From an uncultured Chloroflexia bacterium (GTDB taxonomy: Bacteria > Chloroflexota > UBA6077 > JACCZL01): a stretch of 64,000 nucleotides of DNA. Made by a program: the position numbers and the translations under genes. Shown here in pieces: positions 1 to 11,608 of the stretch. A model generated the notes under the pieces. It had not been told where the DNA came from. It was given only the letters and a program-made list of their open reading frames with translations, and made no database searches. The stretch is taken from NCBI GenBank assembly GCA_963765765.1, contig CAVXYC010000032.1:160001-224000 (forward strand). The letters are read 5' to 3'. Within the stretch, counting starts at the first letter, position 1. Each line of letters starts with the position of its first letter.

Positions 1-1
1 A

Positions 2-271
2 TGGGTCACGACGCAGGCTGGAAGGCCCACCCTCCGCTGGCAGGGAGCCGGAATTCCATTTCCGGAAATCTCCGACGAGGCGTTCGCGTTCAGGAGTGTC
101 GCGCCTATGCTTCTCGTCGGCCAGGCCACGGGCGATCAAGTCACACTGAGAAGTGGAGATATCTTCAATCTCGTCACTTACGCGTCAGTTGGCACTCATG
201 ACACCGGCGCGCTCGAGCTCTACGCGCGAGTAGCGGCGGCGAAGCTTGCGGTGAAGCTCTCTGGGTCCTAG
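2..271 (+). CDS. 3' end of a gene starting before the window (hypothetical, possibly an exported or lipoprotein domain)
   Basis: Frame 2 is open from the window edge: ...FPEISDEAFAFRS...GDQVTLRSGDIFNLVTY...ALELYARVAAAKLAVKLSGS*. Its stop overlaps the stop of the convergent VOC gene. Confidence 0.55.
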   Translation, partial: WVTTQAGRPTLRWQGAGIPFPEISDEAFAFRSVAPMLLVGQATGDQVTLRSGDIFNLVTYASVGTHDTGALELYARVAAAKLAVKLSGS

Positions 272-843
272 GCCCCCACGGGCCACGGGGGCGGGACGAT
301 TACGTCCTCGAAGTCTTCCTTGAGCCAGTTGCGCAGGTTGGTTCCGGGGCCAATGAGCTCGATCTGGACCATCGAGAAACCGTCGCTGACGAAAGCTGGA
401 CGGCCCACGTTCATGGACTCGAGGATCTCCTCCGACGTACAGCCTGGCCGAAGCTGGATCACACCGTTCTCGTCAGGATCGATGCGAGCTGAGGTAATCA
501 CGCCGCCCCGGGCTACCGCGTCCCGTAGGGATTCACGCAGGTCTGGCGCCCAGAAGCCGATGTGATTGATACCTTCCCCATACTGCTCCAGGAACCGGCT
601 CTGAGCCGTGCGTCCTTCAATCACCTGGATAAACTCGAAGGTCTGGCCGGCGCCGCGACCATAGGCCATCAGTACCTTTCCGCCCGGTAGATCCGGATCC
701 CACGGTACGCCGGGCGACTCGTTTTCGCGGAGGTGCCAATTGTCCACCCCCAGAAGTCGACGATAGTGCTCCATGGATGCGTGAATGTCTCGCACAACGT
801 AGCCAAGGTGAAAGGCCTGAAGCTGGGGAGGAGGTGCGCTCAT
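268..843 (-). CDS. VOC family protein (glyoxalase/methylmalonyl-CoA epimerase-like)
   Basis: FHLGYVVRD, FEFIQ and YGEGINHIGF motifs; GGAG RBS before the ATG at 843. Confidence 0.8.
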   Translation of the reverse strand: MSAPPPQLQAFHLGYVVRDIHASMEHYRRLLGVDNWHLRENESPGVPWDPDLPGGKVLMAYGRGAGQTFEFIQVIEGRTAQSRFLEQYGEGINHIGFWAPDLRESLRDAVARGGVITSARIDPDENGVIQLRPGCTSEEILESMNVGRPAFVSDGFSMVQIELIGPGTNLRNWLKEDFEDVIVPPPWPVGA

Positions 844-1082
844 GATCTGATCTCCATACGCATTGGTGATCTCCTGGCTAGGCATACCCGTTGTCATGCG
901 GGACGATCACAGTCTAGCGGCGAAATGGAGGTCCCGTCACACCGTGCCATCGCCGGTTCGCTCGTGGCGCGATTACCTCGTTCTCAACCAGAAGTACGGT
1001 GCGGTGAGTCTCTAAATCCAAGTATTCAGACGTGTGCGGTATGGGGAGCGACTCTTGCGGCGAGTATCAGTCCTGAGCTGGG

Positions 1083-1484
1083 CTAGGGATTCTCCCACAG
1101 GCAGAGGACGTTGCCTTCTGAATCCTGGATGTAGGACGAGTAGCCATAGTCTCCTACGCGCTGGCGTTCGGTGACGCGGCCTCCGCCTGCCGCGACCACC
1201 GCCTCACAGGTCTCTTCGATCGAATCCACGGTGATGATAGGGACGGGCGCCTTTACCAGCGCTGTCGCCGCGGCGATGCCTCCAACGATCTCGAGACTCG
1301 CATCGCCCATTGGCCCGTCCGATGCTGCGCTGAGCACACTGAATTGCACATCGGGTAGATCGGTGGCTTGCCATTGGAACACGGTTTCGTAAAACCGCCT
1401 GGCTCGCTCTCTATCGTGCGCCGGGATTTCAAATGTTATTCGCGCCACTTGCTGTCCCTTTATTGCGAGTTTGTCTTGAACCAA
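1083..1484 (-). CDS. VOC family glyoxalase/bleomycin-resistance protein
   Basis: FEIPAHDRERARRFYETVFQW, ITVDSIE and DSEGNVLCLWE motifs. Confidence 0.85.
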   Translation of the reverse strand: MVQDKLAIKGQQVARITFEIPAHDRERARRFYETVFQWQATDLPDVQFSVLSAASDGPMGDASLEIVGGIAAATALVKAPVPIITVDSIEETCEAVVAAGGGRVTERQRVGDYGYSSYIQDSEGNVLCLWENP

Positions 1485-1650
1485 TGTCGGCTTCAGGTAG
1501 CCAGGTATGGAAGTCCCTATCGGCGAGTAACGACCACGCCATCATTCTTCGCCTGGGACTCACATTCATCATAGGCCGACGAAACACAGTGCTGGATCAC
1601 GCCCATGCGGAATCGGCGATGTGCCAGAGCCAGAATCGTGCGGGAGCGTC

Positions 1651-3042
1651 CTACTGGTTGCGGCGCAATCCCTTGGAGATCGAGCTGTCTACGGCACCTA
1701 GCGCGGCCGATTTGACCGCCTCGTAATCAGACGAAAGGATGTGCGGCCGATTTGCGTAGCGGTCGCCGATCCCCGCCAGCGTTCCCTCGTGGTAACCGAC
1801 TTTGAAGTCCGGGAACTTGAGACCATTGGCGGTGGAGATCACGACCGTCCGGTGCTGCTTCTGGATCTCGCCCTTGGCGACCAGCTTCTCCAGAACAGCC
1901 AACGCGACCCCCGTGTGCGGATCGGTAAAGAGTCCACCGCGATCGGCGCGAGCGGCGGCCTGCGCCAGCTCGTCCTCGGTGGCCTGCTCAACCACGCCGT
2001 CAAACTGCTGCACGGCGCGTTTGGCCTTCTCATAGCTCACGGGATTCCCAATCTGGATTGCCGTGGCCAGGGTTGTCCCGGCCATGATCGGCTCAAGGAA
2101 GTCGAAGCCGCGCTCGAAGCTCTGGAAGAACGGATTAGCCGCTGCCGCCTGCGCCACAGCGATGCGTGGAAGTCGATTGATGAGTCCCAGCTCGCGCATC
2201 ATCAGGAAGCCGGCCGCCAGGGCACCCGTGTTTCCCAGGTTGCCGCCAGGGATGACGACCCAATCCGGAACCTCCCAGTCGAACTGCTGGACGATCTCGA
2301 TACCGACGGTCTTCTGGCCTTCCACACGTAATGAGTTCATAGAATTGGCCAGGTATATCCCCGGCTCCCGAGCAAGCCGCTGGACCAGACTCATACAGCC
2401 ATCGAAGTCGGTCTCCACTGAGAGCACGACCGCGCCATTGGCGAGCGGCTGCACGAGCTGCGGGATACTGATCTTGTCACGCGGAAGGATGACCACGGCG
2501 GGAATGTCGGCCACCGCGCAATAGGCCGCCAATGCCGCGGAAGTATCGCCGGTGGAAGCGCATGCCACCGCCTGGATTGGAGAGCCGTCGGCGATCATCT
2601 GCTTCACAGTGGAGACCAGCACGGTCATGCCAAGATCTTTGAAGCTGCCAGTGTGGCTGTTGCCACACTGCTTGATCCACAGCTCATCCAGTCCTAGCTC
2701 GCGCCCGTAGCGCTCGGCCCAGAAGAGGTTGCTGCCACCTTCGTCTAGAGAGACAACATTGCTGTCCTCAACGTGCGGCTGCACCCACTCTTTCTTGCCC
2801 CAGACACCGCTGCCGTACGGCCAGGTGGTGCGCTTGTAGCGATCATCGAAGAGCTTCTGCCACTCGGCGGCCGTACGCTGCCGCAGTGCCTGGAGGTCGT
2901 GAGCAACCTCGAGCAGCGCTCCACACGACGGGCATCGGTAGATCACCGTGGTAAGCGGGATCTCCCCCGGGCACCCATCGATACAGCGAAACCAGGCGCG
3001 CGGGGTCACTTGAGCACGCTCGAGGAGGACGTCTACCTGCAT
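1651..3042 (-). CDS. thrC: threonine synthase (PLP-dependent, plant-like type)
   Basis: [12 protein letters not shown] (PLP lysine), [26 protein letters not shown] and DPHTGVALA motifs. Confidence 0.93.
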   Translation of the reverse strand: MQVDVLLERAQVTPRAWFRCIDGCPGEIPLTTVIYRCPSCGALLEVAHDLQALRQRTAAEWQKLFDDRYKRTTWPYGSGVWGKKEWVQPHVEDSNVVSLDEGGSNLFWAERYGRELGLDELWIKQCGNSHTGSFKDLGMTVLVSTVKQMIADGSPIQAVACASTGDTSAALAAYCAVADIPAVVILPRDKISIPQLVQPLANGAVVLSVETDFDGCMSLVQRLAREPGIYLANSMNSLRVEGQKTVGIEIVQQFDWEVPDWVVIPGGNLGNTGALAAGFLMMRELGLINRLPRIAVAQAAAANPFFQSFERGFDFLEPIMAGTTLATAIQIGNPVSYEKAKRAVQQFDGVVEQATEDELAQAAARADRGGLFTDPHTGVALAVLEKLVAKGEIQKQHRTVVISTANGLKFPDFKVGYHEGTLAGIGDRYANRPHILSSDYEAVKSAALGAVDSSISKGLRRNQ

Positions 3043-3254
3043 ACATCAATTCTAATGGAGGGATCAGAGGCGAGGAGGTCTCCGCCACTACGCCAGGCCC
3101 CTGCCCGGTCCCGTCTCGGCTTGACGAGAGGCTCCGGTGGTCGTACCCTCAGCGTCACCGTTGACCCTGGAGGATCCATTGTCTCGAGAGCCGCGCTCGT
3201 GGCGCGGCACAACCACGCGCTGATCACGCGCCATCGCTGTGGCGGGAGGTTGCA

Positions 3255-4971
3255 ATGACTCGCACGCCCCTCTGGTCAGGTCCGTTTCTCACCGGTTTTC
3301 TCGCGAGCGCGGTAGTGGTGCTGGCTGCATGCCAGCCGGCCGCCCCGCCCGGGGGCGCTACCAAGAGCTCGCCAGGTGAGAAGCCGGCGGCCGGGGAGGA
3401 GCAGCCGAAGTACGGCGGCGTGGCCGTCATCGCCAATCGCGCCGATGCACCGGGCTCGTGGGACTCCATGCTGACCAGCACGATCACGCTCACCCATGTC
3501 AGTCTGGGCGTCTACGGCGAAGCGAACCTGGTGCGCCGCTGCCGCGAGGACATCTACAAGCTCTGCCCGTCGCTCGCGGAGAGCTGGGAGCCCAGCCCTG
3601 ATTTCACGCAGTGGACGTTTAAGATCCGCGACGGCGTGCTCTGGCATGACGGTACGCCCTTCACCGCCGCGGACGTCAAGTTCTGGGCGGACCTGGCATA
3701 CAACGGCGCCAAAGTGGGCGACAAGACTCGCCCTCCGGCGCTGTTCAAGGCGGAGCTAGGCGATCTCAAAAGCGTCGAGGTGATGGACGGCAACCGTGTC
3801 CGTTTCATCCTTGGCGGCCCTATTCCGTACTATCCCGACCTACTCTCCCGACCACCGGTCACCATCGCGCACCCGCGGCACATCATGGAGCCCCGTATCC
3901 AGCAAGGCGAAGTCATGATTGGTCCCGCGGACGTGGGCTGGGTCGGCCTGGGACCGTTCAAGATGGTCAAGCACGATCGCGGCAGTGTCATCGAGTTGCG
4001 CCGCTTCGATCGGTATTGGGAGCAGGACGCTCAAGGACGGCAGCTTCCTTATCTAGACGGAATCGACTTCCCGATCATCAGCGATCCAAGCGCTATGATC
4101 GCGGCTTTCCGGAGCGGCCGGCTGGACGGCGGCGCCCGCGGCGTAGGATTTGGTCTCCTACCGGACCAGCGCGCCAGCATCGAGCAATCGCTCAAGGATC
4201 AGGTCCAGTTCGTCAACATCGCCGCCTATCGCTGGGCATTTCACTTCAACACCGTCATGGTCAGCCCGTTTCAGGACGTGCGCGTGCGCAAGGCGATCTC
4301 CCTCTGGCTGGACCGGCGCCGGGATTCAGGCTGGGCTCGGCGGGTCCGGCGGCATGAGCTCGATCATGTCGCCCACCTCACCGTGGCCCAGCCCCGACTG
4401 GGCTACCTGGCCGGGGTTCAACGAACAGACCCGTGATCAGGATCGGGCGGAGGCCAAGCGCTTGCTGACCAGCGCTGGATACGGATCCGGCCTGGAGATG
4501 ATGCTGATGTGCCGGCCCGTCTGGGCGCAGGCCTGTGAGTGGCTCCAAGGGGACCTGGCCGGACTGGGCGTGCAGGTGAAATTCAATCTGCTCGATGACG
4601 CCACCTGGAACCAGCAGCAGCGCAGCACCTCGGATTGGCACATGCAACAAGCCGCGTTCACGGACCTCATCCCTGAGGGTCTGGAGCGGCAGCTTTCCAA
4701 GGCGAGCCTGAGTCCCAACGCTGCGCCAAAGCACGAAGACGATCGCCTTCCCGAGATGTTCGCGCGCTTCCGCCAGGCAAAAACCCAGGATGAGCGGCTA
4801 CAAGTAGCTCGCGATATCGAGAAGTACGTGTTGCAGGACCAGGTCTACTCAATCGTGACGTTCAACGAGCTCCAGGTGCTCCCGTACCGCTCCTACGTCA
4901 AGGGCCTCTTCGCCCCGCCCGAGGAGCTGGGCCACAACGTGGACTTCGCGACGGTATGGTTGGATAAGTAG
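3255..4971 (+). CDS. ABC transporter substrate-binding lipoprotein, family 5 (peptide/nickel type); frameshift near 4320
   Basis: Lipobox LAAC; LAESWE..D...WTFKIRDGVLWHDGTPFTAADV; GLGPFK; PYLDGI; DVRVRKAIS. C-terminus continues in ORF 4150..4971. Confidence 0.88.
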
Positions 4972-5067
4972 GGATCAGAGGTGAGAGGCTAAGGCTAGAG
5001 GTTAGGAAGCGGAGTATATCGTTGGGGACACTGGCCTCTAACCCCTGATCCCTAACCCCATCCCTAC
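4972..5067. repeat. short tandem heptamer-like repeats forming an imperfect inverted pair between convergent genes
   Basis: GGGATCAGAGGTGAGAGGCTAAGGCTAGAGGTTAGG followed by CCTCTAACCCCTGATCCCTAACCCC; similar CTAACCCCTAACCCC at ~32182. Confidence 0.5.
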
Positions 5068-6233
5068 TCATTGCCACAGCTTCTTCGAGGCGATTTGCGC
5101 GCCCTCGACCATGGCTTCAAACTTGGCCCAGCAGATCTCGGGCCCGCCCACCCGGCTACCGATTCCGCAGTCCGTGCCGGCCATCACGTTCTCTCGACCA
5201 ACCAGCGTGGCGTACCGAACGAGCCGCCTGGCCACGAGCTCCGGGTGCTCCACGAAGTCGCGAGTAGTGCCCGATCACGCCGGGAATCAGGATGGTGTCC
5301 GGAGGCAGCTCGACCTCCTCCCATACCTCGTCCTCGTGCACGTGGCGCGGGTTGGCTGCCTCGATCGAGAACGCGCCCGCGTTGATGCCCAGCACGATGT
5401 CCACGAAATCGCGCAGCGGCAAGTCGTTCTTGTGCGGCCCGTGGTAGCTGCCCCAGCACATGTGCAATCGCACGCGGTCACGGGGGATCCCGCGCAGTGC
5501 GTAGTTCAGCACCTCCGTCCGAAGGCTCGCCTCACGACGGTACTCCTCGAGGTCCATGGCTGCGGTGCACCTGCCATCCGTCCGCCAGATCCGGGTCGTC
5601 TATCTGGAGTAAGAAGCCGGCGTCGACGATGGCCTGGTACTCCTCGTGCATGGCGTCGGCAATGGCTCCCAGGAACTCCTCATCGCTTGGGTAGTAGGCA
5701 TTCTTCAGCCAGTGCTCGATAGACCCCGGGGCAACGGCCGGCAGATACAGCTCTTCTGCCTCGAGCCCCTGCGCGGCAGCCTTGAGGTTGTCGATGTCCC
5801 GCTGGACAATGGCCTGGCCCGTGTACGTGAGCGGCTCCACCGCCTGATGCACCACGCGCCGCATACCAACCGTTACACGCTGGCCGCGTCCCATGTTCGG
5901 CATTCCACCGCTGAAATACTGCGGGAAGTCGATCTGATCCCGACCCGATATCGGTGAGATGTAGGGCTGGTCAGTTGGCGCGAGACCGCCAAGGCGATCA
6001 TTCACATAATCGCTGAATGAGCTCTTGCTCATCTCGCCGTCATTGACGCTATCGATCCCGATCTCGACCTGACGTCGAACGGCGTCCTTTACGGACGAGC
6101 TCACGAGCTGCTGAAAAGCCCCCTCGTCCACGGCTTGGCCTTCCCGTTTGGTGGCGATCATTTCCCGCAGCTCCGTCGGCGCGGGCAGTGTTCCCTGGTG
6201 TGTCACGCGAATACGATCAGTGCTGCGAATCAT
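5068..6233 (-). CDS. cobalamin-independent methionine synthase II family (MetE C-terminal-like) protein; two frameshifts
   Basis: THQGTLP, GIDSVNDGEMSK, LQIDDPDLA, LHMCWG (Zn ligands), VEHPELVA and AGTDCG across ORFs 5532..6248, 5156..5557 and 5068..5253. Confidence 0.88.
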
Positions 6234-6360
6234 CTCCCGACCTCCCACGTGTGGCGACCCGGCGAGCGTACAGGGAAGTCAAGTGCTTTGCAATGGAGGC
6301 ACCGCCGTCACCAACCTCAGGAGATCAATCGACGCGCGGTCGTCGTGACCTCGCCAGGGC

Positions 6361-6515
6361 CAGCTAGGCTCAGCAACTCTCAGAGACAGACGGCCCGACT
6401 CGGAAAAGAGCAGCCGATTCTCCGTATTCAGCAAATCTTCAATTTTGAGCGGGTCGCCGATTCAGTACTGAGGGCTACAACCTCTTAGAATCCTGAAGAA
6501 CGACTGAGGAACCTG
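6361..6515. promoter_or_regulatory. candidate OmpR/MprA-type tandem boxes upstream of the two-component operon
   Basis: ATTCAG-N5-CTTCAA (6426-6442); minus-strand CCTCAG-N5-CTTCAG (6493-6509); CTCAG repeats at 6369 and 6379. Confidence 0.4.
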
Positions 6516-6521
6516 ATCGAG

Positions 6522-7220
6522 GTGATCGAAGTGGCGGAGGTCGCTTCCACGAACGGAGTCCGCATCCTTGTTGTGGAAGACGAGGAGTCGATCCGCGACT
6601 TCGTTGAGATGGGCCTGAAGTACGAAGGCTTCGATGTTGCCCTCACGGAGGACGGCCCGGGCGCGTTGGAGGCATTCGATCGGCAACGACCCGACCTGGT
6701 GATTCTGGATCTTAATCTGCCCGGTATGGATGGGCTGGACGTTTGTCGGCAGATCCGCCGTCGCGGCGACGTACCGGTCATCATGCTTACGGCGCGCGCC
6801 GAGGTGGATGAGCGCGTGGAAGGGCTGGAGGCCGGAGCTGACGACTACCTCCCCAAGCCGTTCAAGTTCAAAGAGCTTCTCGCTCGGGTGAGGGCGGTCC
6901 TACGCCGACGTATCAGCGCCGTTGAGCGCGTCCTGCGATTCGGCCCCGTAGAGCTCAATCGCGACACCCGTGAGGTGTTTTACGATGGCCAGGGAGTGGC
7001 GTTGACCCCCCGCGAGTTCGAGCTGCTAGAGGTGTTTATGCTTCACCCCAGGCAAGTTATGACCCGCGAGGTTCTGCTGGATCGCGTATGGGGAACTGAT
7101 TATCTTGGAGATGGCAACCTCATAGAGGTGCACATCAGCGCGCTGCGCGATAAGCTAGGCGATCGAGATCGGCGCATGATACGCACCGTCAGGGGCGTCG
7201 GATACGCCCTGTCAGGTTAA
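6522..7220 (+). CDS. OmpR/MprA-family DNA-binding response regulator
   Basis: ILVVEDE, DLVILDLNLPGMDG, GADDYLPKPF, LTPREFELL and IRTVRGVGY motifs. Confidence 0.95.
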   Translation: MIEVAEVASTNGVRILVVEDEESIRDFVEMGLKYEGFDVALTEDGPGALEAFDRQRPDLVILDLNLPGMDGLDVCRQIRRRGDVPVIMLTARAEVDERVEGLEAGADDYLPKPFKFKELLARVRAVLRRRISAVERVLRFGPVELNRDTREVFYDGQGVALTPREFELLEVFMLHPRQVMTREVLLDRVWGTDYLGDGNLIEVHISALRDKLGDRDRRMIRTVRGVGYALSG

Positions 7221-7222
7221 GT

Positions 7223-8711
7223 ATGGCGCGCATTTCGCCCGATACCTGGCCCATTCGCTGGCGCATTGCCGTGCTCAACATGAGCATCGTAGCCGTAACG
7301 CTCCTTGGCCTTGGCGCTCTGTTCCTGGCAGTACTGGACAACGCATTGGTGAACATCAGCGCCGAGTACTTACGCGATCAGGCTAGGACGGCACTGAACA
7401 TCGTGCAGGACGGCGGTCCCGGACGCGGACGTGGGGCCGCCGGCCCGCGGACCACCCTCACCCGCATCGTTTGCTCGCAGCGCAGACTTCATCGTCCGTC
7501 GACTCAGTGGTCCCGACACTGGCGTGTTCGTGTTCGACGCGTCTGCTGCGCTGGTCTCAGCCAGCGAATCACAGGAAGACATCGAGGTTTGGCCGCAGCC
7601 GCCGCGCGACTTGCTCACCACCGCGCTCAGTGGGACAGAAAGCACCATGGTGGTCTCGCAGCAGTCACGCCGGACGCTGTTGCTGCTTCTGCCGCTGCGG
7701 GGCGCTGAACGTGAGGTTATCGGAGTTATTACTCTGGCAAGCTCACTCGAGCTCGTGGAACAGCTCCAATCAACGCTGCGGACCGCTCTTGGCGCTGGCA
7801 CGTTGTTGGCCGCGTTGTTGGCAGGAGTCCTGGGGTTACGGGCCACGCGCCAGGCGTTGCGGCCGCTGGACCGCGTCGTCGCCACAGCCCGCAGCATCGC
7901 TGGCGGTAACCTGGACGTGCGACTTCGGCTGCACCGACGCGACGAGATCGGGGAGCTCGCGGAAGCGTTCGATACGATGCTCGATCGACTGGCGGCGGCA
8001 CTGAAGGCGCAACGGCGCTTCGTGGCCGACGCAGCGCACGAGCTGCGCACTCCTCTGACGGCGTTGGGTGGCATGGTTGAGATGCTGGAGATGGGGGCGG
8101 ATCGCGGCGACCGGGCCACGGTGTCACGCATGCTCCAGACGATGAATCGCGAGATCGATCGACTTGCTCGATTAGTCAGCGATTTGCTTACTCTCTCCAA
8201 GCTTGACGCTGAGCGGCCGATCGTCAACGCGCCCGTGGACCTGGCCGTATTGGTGAATGAAGTCGCTAGCCAAACTCGGCTCTTGGCTCGCGGACAGCAT
8301 GTCGATGTCACAATCGCCGACGCGCCATTAGTGACAGGCGACCAGGATCAGCTCAAGCAGGTGCTGCTGAACCTTGCGGACAATGCACTGAAGTTCACGC
8401 CACCGGGCGGCCGGATCGAGTTCCGCCTGGGAAGTGACCATGGTACCGCGACGATAGGCGTGGCGGACACGGGCAGCGGCATCCCCGCCGACGTTTTACC
8501 TCGGGTGACGGAGCGATTCGAACGCGGGGACCCATCACGATCGCGAGCAACTGGTGGTTTCGGGCTCGGCCTAGCCATCGCGCGAGACATCGTCGAAGCA
8601 CACGGCGGCCAGCTCAGCATCGAGAGCAAAGTGGGACAAGGCACGGTTGTCCACATTGCGTTGCCTCGTCAATCTTCAGCGAACCATCAGATTGTTCGAT
8701 CAGCCGCTTAA
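7223..8711 (+). CDS. HAMP-domain sensor histidine kinase; frameshift near 7440
   Basis: N-terminal TM in 7223..7708; HAMP (DEIGELAEAFDTM); H-box AAHELRTPL; NLADNALKF; DTGSGI; GFGLGLAI. Confidence 0.92.
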
Positions 8712-8801
8712 GGCTGGAGATTGACAATACATCTTGTGAGAACTGCGAGCGGACAGAATCAGCCGCCCAGGGACGCGAATGTAGCGGGAGGATGCACAGG
8801 A

Positions 8802-9392
8802 ATGGCATCTCAAGGATTGAAACGCATCATTGCCGCGGGCGCGGCAGCCGTTGTTCTCGGGGTCGCGGCCATCGGATTCGTGAATGCCGAGCCGGGGCCC
8901 GGGGGAACACCTGGCGGCCAGCGCCAAGGATTCAATCGCGAAGCGATGCAGCAACGGCACGAGCAATACCTCACGACACTTGCTGGCAAGTTGGGCGTAA
9001 GTGTGGACAAGCTTCGCCAGGCCATGTCTGACACCCATAATGAGCTTGGTGGACCTGGCGGTCCCCGCGCACACCGCGGTGGCGGAATGGGCTGGTTTGA
9101 TCTTGAGGCGGCGGCGAAAGCCATGAATATCACCCGAGACCAGCTTCGCCAGGAGCTGGCCGGGAAGACCATGGCGGCCGTAGCGGCGACACATAGCGTC
9201 CCGGCAAGCAGCGTCTCGGCCGCGATCAAGGCTGCCGCGACAACGAGGATCGACCAGGCCGTTTCCGCAAATCGCATGACCGCCGATCAGGCGTCCAAGG
9301 CAAAGGCTGAGCTCGATCAAAAGATCAACGATTTCATGAATCGTACCTTCCCCGCGGCGGGACAGCGGGGTCCTAAGCCGGCCGGTCAATAG
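8802..9392 (+). CDS. secreted helical protein (repeat-like LA.KLGVS.DKL / AKAMNITRDQL motifs)
   Basis: Signal peptide MASQGLKRIIAAGAAAVVLGVAAIGFVNA; GGAGG upstream; directly downstream of the kinase gene. Confidence 0.75.
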   Translation: MASQGLKRIIAAGAAAVVLGVAAIGFVNAEPGPGGTPGGQRQGFNREAMQQRHEQYLTTLAGKLGVSVDKLRQAMSDTHNELGGPGGPRAHRGGGMGWFDLEAAAKAMNITRDQLRQELAGKTMAAVAATHSVPASSVSAAIKAAATTRIDQAVSANRMTADQASKAKAELDQKINDFMNRTFPAAGQRGPKPAGQ

Positions 9393-9404
9393 GTCTGGAC
9401 CGGC

Positions 9405-9454
9405 CCATGCAGAACGGCGCGTTCCTCCTCCGCGGAACGCGCCGTTCTGCATGG
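9405..9454. terminator. perfect 21-bp hairpin after the secreted-protein gene
   Basis: CCATGCAGAACGGCGCGTTCC, 8-nt loop, GGAACGCGCCGTTCTGCATGG. Confidence 0.65.
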
Positions 9455-9517
9455 AAATTCGTTCTCACTTTAAATACTGAAAAGACTGCAAACATTCCTC
9501 GTAATGGCAAGGTCCGC

Positions 9518-10466
9518 ATGACATCGTTGGTATCGAAGAACGTCCCCTGGCTCGCGAGCCTCCTTGCCGCCGCTGTCATCATCGGCTGTGGCACATCTGC
9601 GTCGGCTTCAGTCACCCCAACGGAGTCGCCTGCCGAAGCCTCGCCCAGCAATCTCGATGAATCTCTAGCTTTCGACGAGTCCCAAATCGTTGAGCCACGA
9701 CTCGCCGAGTCTGGCGGCGCTGTGCCGCCAGGTGACCCAGCGCCTGTGGTGTCGCTGGATCCCGAATCCGCGCCTCCGCCGGCCACTAATCCGCCCGAAG
9801 CCGATAACACCTGCGACGTCGCTCCGGGGCCGTTCGATCGCTCTCAGTTCCGTGTTCCATTACCCGCGACGCCGCGTTGGAATCCCCCGGGACAGAAGCG
9901 CGTTGGAATCCAGGCTGGTCACTGGTTAACCGAGCAATCCCCTCAGGAGCTACGCGGCCTGGGACCCGGGGCATCCGGGGGAGGCAAGTCCGAGTGGGAA
10001 GTCAACTTGAATATCGCCCGGCGCGTCGGTGCGCTGCTAGAAGCGGAAGGCATTCAAGTGGACATTTTGCCCACCACGGTCCCGGTGCGTTATCGCGCGC
10101 ACGCCTTCGTCTCGATTCACGCCGATGGTGATGTGGCCGGTCGATACAGTGGATTCAAAGTGGCTCGACCGGGCTTCAGCTCGGTTCCGGAGGCAGACGA
10201 TCGACTTGTTCGAGCGATCAATGCGGCGTATGAGCCCGCGACCGGTCTGGCCAGGGACGACGATCACATCTCGCTGCGCATGCTCTATTACTACGCATTC
10301 AACTCACGACGATATTGTCATGCCGTCAGCGCCGGGCGTGCCTCAGATCATCGTGGAAGCCGGCTTCCTGACGCACGCTGGTGATCGCGACATTCTCATC
10401 TACAATCCCGATGCTCCCGCTCGCGGCATCGCCAACGGCATCCTGGCGTTCTTGCGCGAGGAGTAG
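9518..10466 (+). CDS. N-acetylmuramoyl-L-alanine amidase (Amidase_3) lipoprotein; frameshift near 10330
   Basis: Lipobox-like IIGC; VGIQAGH, EWEVNLNIA and FVSIHADG; PQIIVEAGFLT lies in the shifted frame (10125..10466). Confidence 0.85.
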
Positions 10467-10588
10467 CGGCGTTCAGCATTTCCTGATGCTGGGTGGCATG
10501 TAGTGCGAGGCGGTATTACTTGGGGGTACCGGAAGTACGGGCGGGATCTGGTCTCAATCGTAGCCTTCTGGCGTGATAGGATTCCGTC

Positions 10589-11485
10589 ATGCGCTTCATC
10601 AAGATGCACGGCATCGGTAATGATTATGTGTATGTGAACGGTTTCGCGGAGCAGGTGGCCGATCCTGAGTCGCTCGCGGTTGCTATCTCAGATCGCCATA
10701 TGGGCGTCGGCGGTGATGGCCTCATCATGGTGCTGCCCCCGGAACCGGGCATTGACGCGGACGTGCGCATGCGTATGTTCAATGCGGACGGCTCCGAGTC
10801 GGAGATGTGCGGCAACGGCATCCGCTGTGTCGCCAAGCTCTCGCATGACTATGGGCTGAGCACGGCGAAGCCAATGAAGGTGCAGACTGGCGCCGGTGTG
10901 CTGACGCTGGACTACAGACTGGACACGGCGGGCAAGCTGGCTGAAGCGACCGTTGACATGGGTGAGCCGATTCTCGAAGCCGAGCGCATTCCAGTCCAGA
11001 TTGATGGGCATCCCCACGCCCATCCGGTTGTCAACATCCCCGGTACGGTGATCGAGCTTCGTGGCTGGGACACTGCCGCGCAAGAAGCTGCAGGACTCGA
11101 GCGCTGCTGGACAGCCGTCTCGATGGGCAATCCCCACGCGATCTTCTACGTCAAAGACGTCCAGGCAGTGCCGTTAGAGATCGTTGGTCCGCAGCTCGAG
11201 CATGCCGCGGCGTTTCCACGTCGAATAAACGTTCACTTCGTGCAGGTGCATTCAGTTGACGAAGTCACCATGCGTACCTGGGAGCGCGGCAGCGGAATCA
11301 CGCTGGCCTGCGGAACGGGTGCGAGCGCCGTCTGTGTGGCTGGCGTTCTTACCGGACGCACTGACCGCAAGCTTCTCGCCCATTTGCCGGGCGGCGACTT
11401 GAACCTCGAGTGGCGTGAGTCGGACAACCACGTGTTCATGACGGGCTCCGCGACCGAGGTGTTTAGCGGCGATTGGGCGCTCTAG
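10589..11485 (+). CDS. dapF: diaminopimelate epimerase
   Basis: FIKMHGIGND, GVGGDG, NADGSESEMCGNGIRC, SMGNPHA and ERGSGITLACGTGA. Confidence 0.97.
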   Translation: MRFIKMHGIGNDYVYVNGFAEQVADPESLAVAISDRHMGVGGDGLIMVLPPEPGIDADVRMRMFNADGSESEMCGNGIRCVAKLSHDYGLSTAKPMKVQTGAGVLTLDYRLDTAGKLAEATVDMGEPILEAERIPVQIDGHPHAHPVVNIPGTVIELRGWDTAAQEAAGLERCWTAVSMGNPHAIFYVKDVQAVPLEIVGPQLEHAAAFPRRINVHFVQVHSVDEVTMRTWERGSGITLACGTGASAVCVAGVLTGRTDRKLLAHLPGGDLNLEWRESDNHVFMTGSATEVFSGDWAL

Positions 11486-11608
11486 GGAACGTCCCAACTG
11501 CGCTTTTGAAAGCAGGACACTCTAGCAGCGCCGCCAAGCCCCGTCGTTACGCGTCTGAGCTCACCCCTGGCTCGGGGCTGGTAAAGCGACAGCGAGCTTC
11601 CCTGGCGC

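Noticed and set aside
6250-6480. Possible SAM or cobalamin riboswitch upstream of the MetE-like gene
   Set aside because: No recognisable consensus elements on the minus strand.
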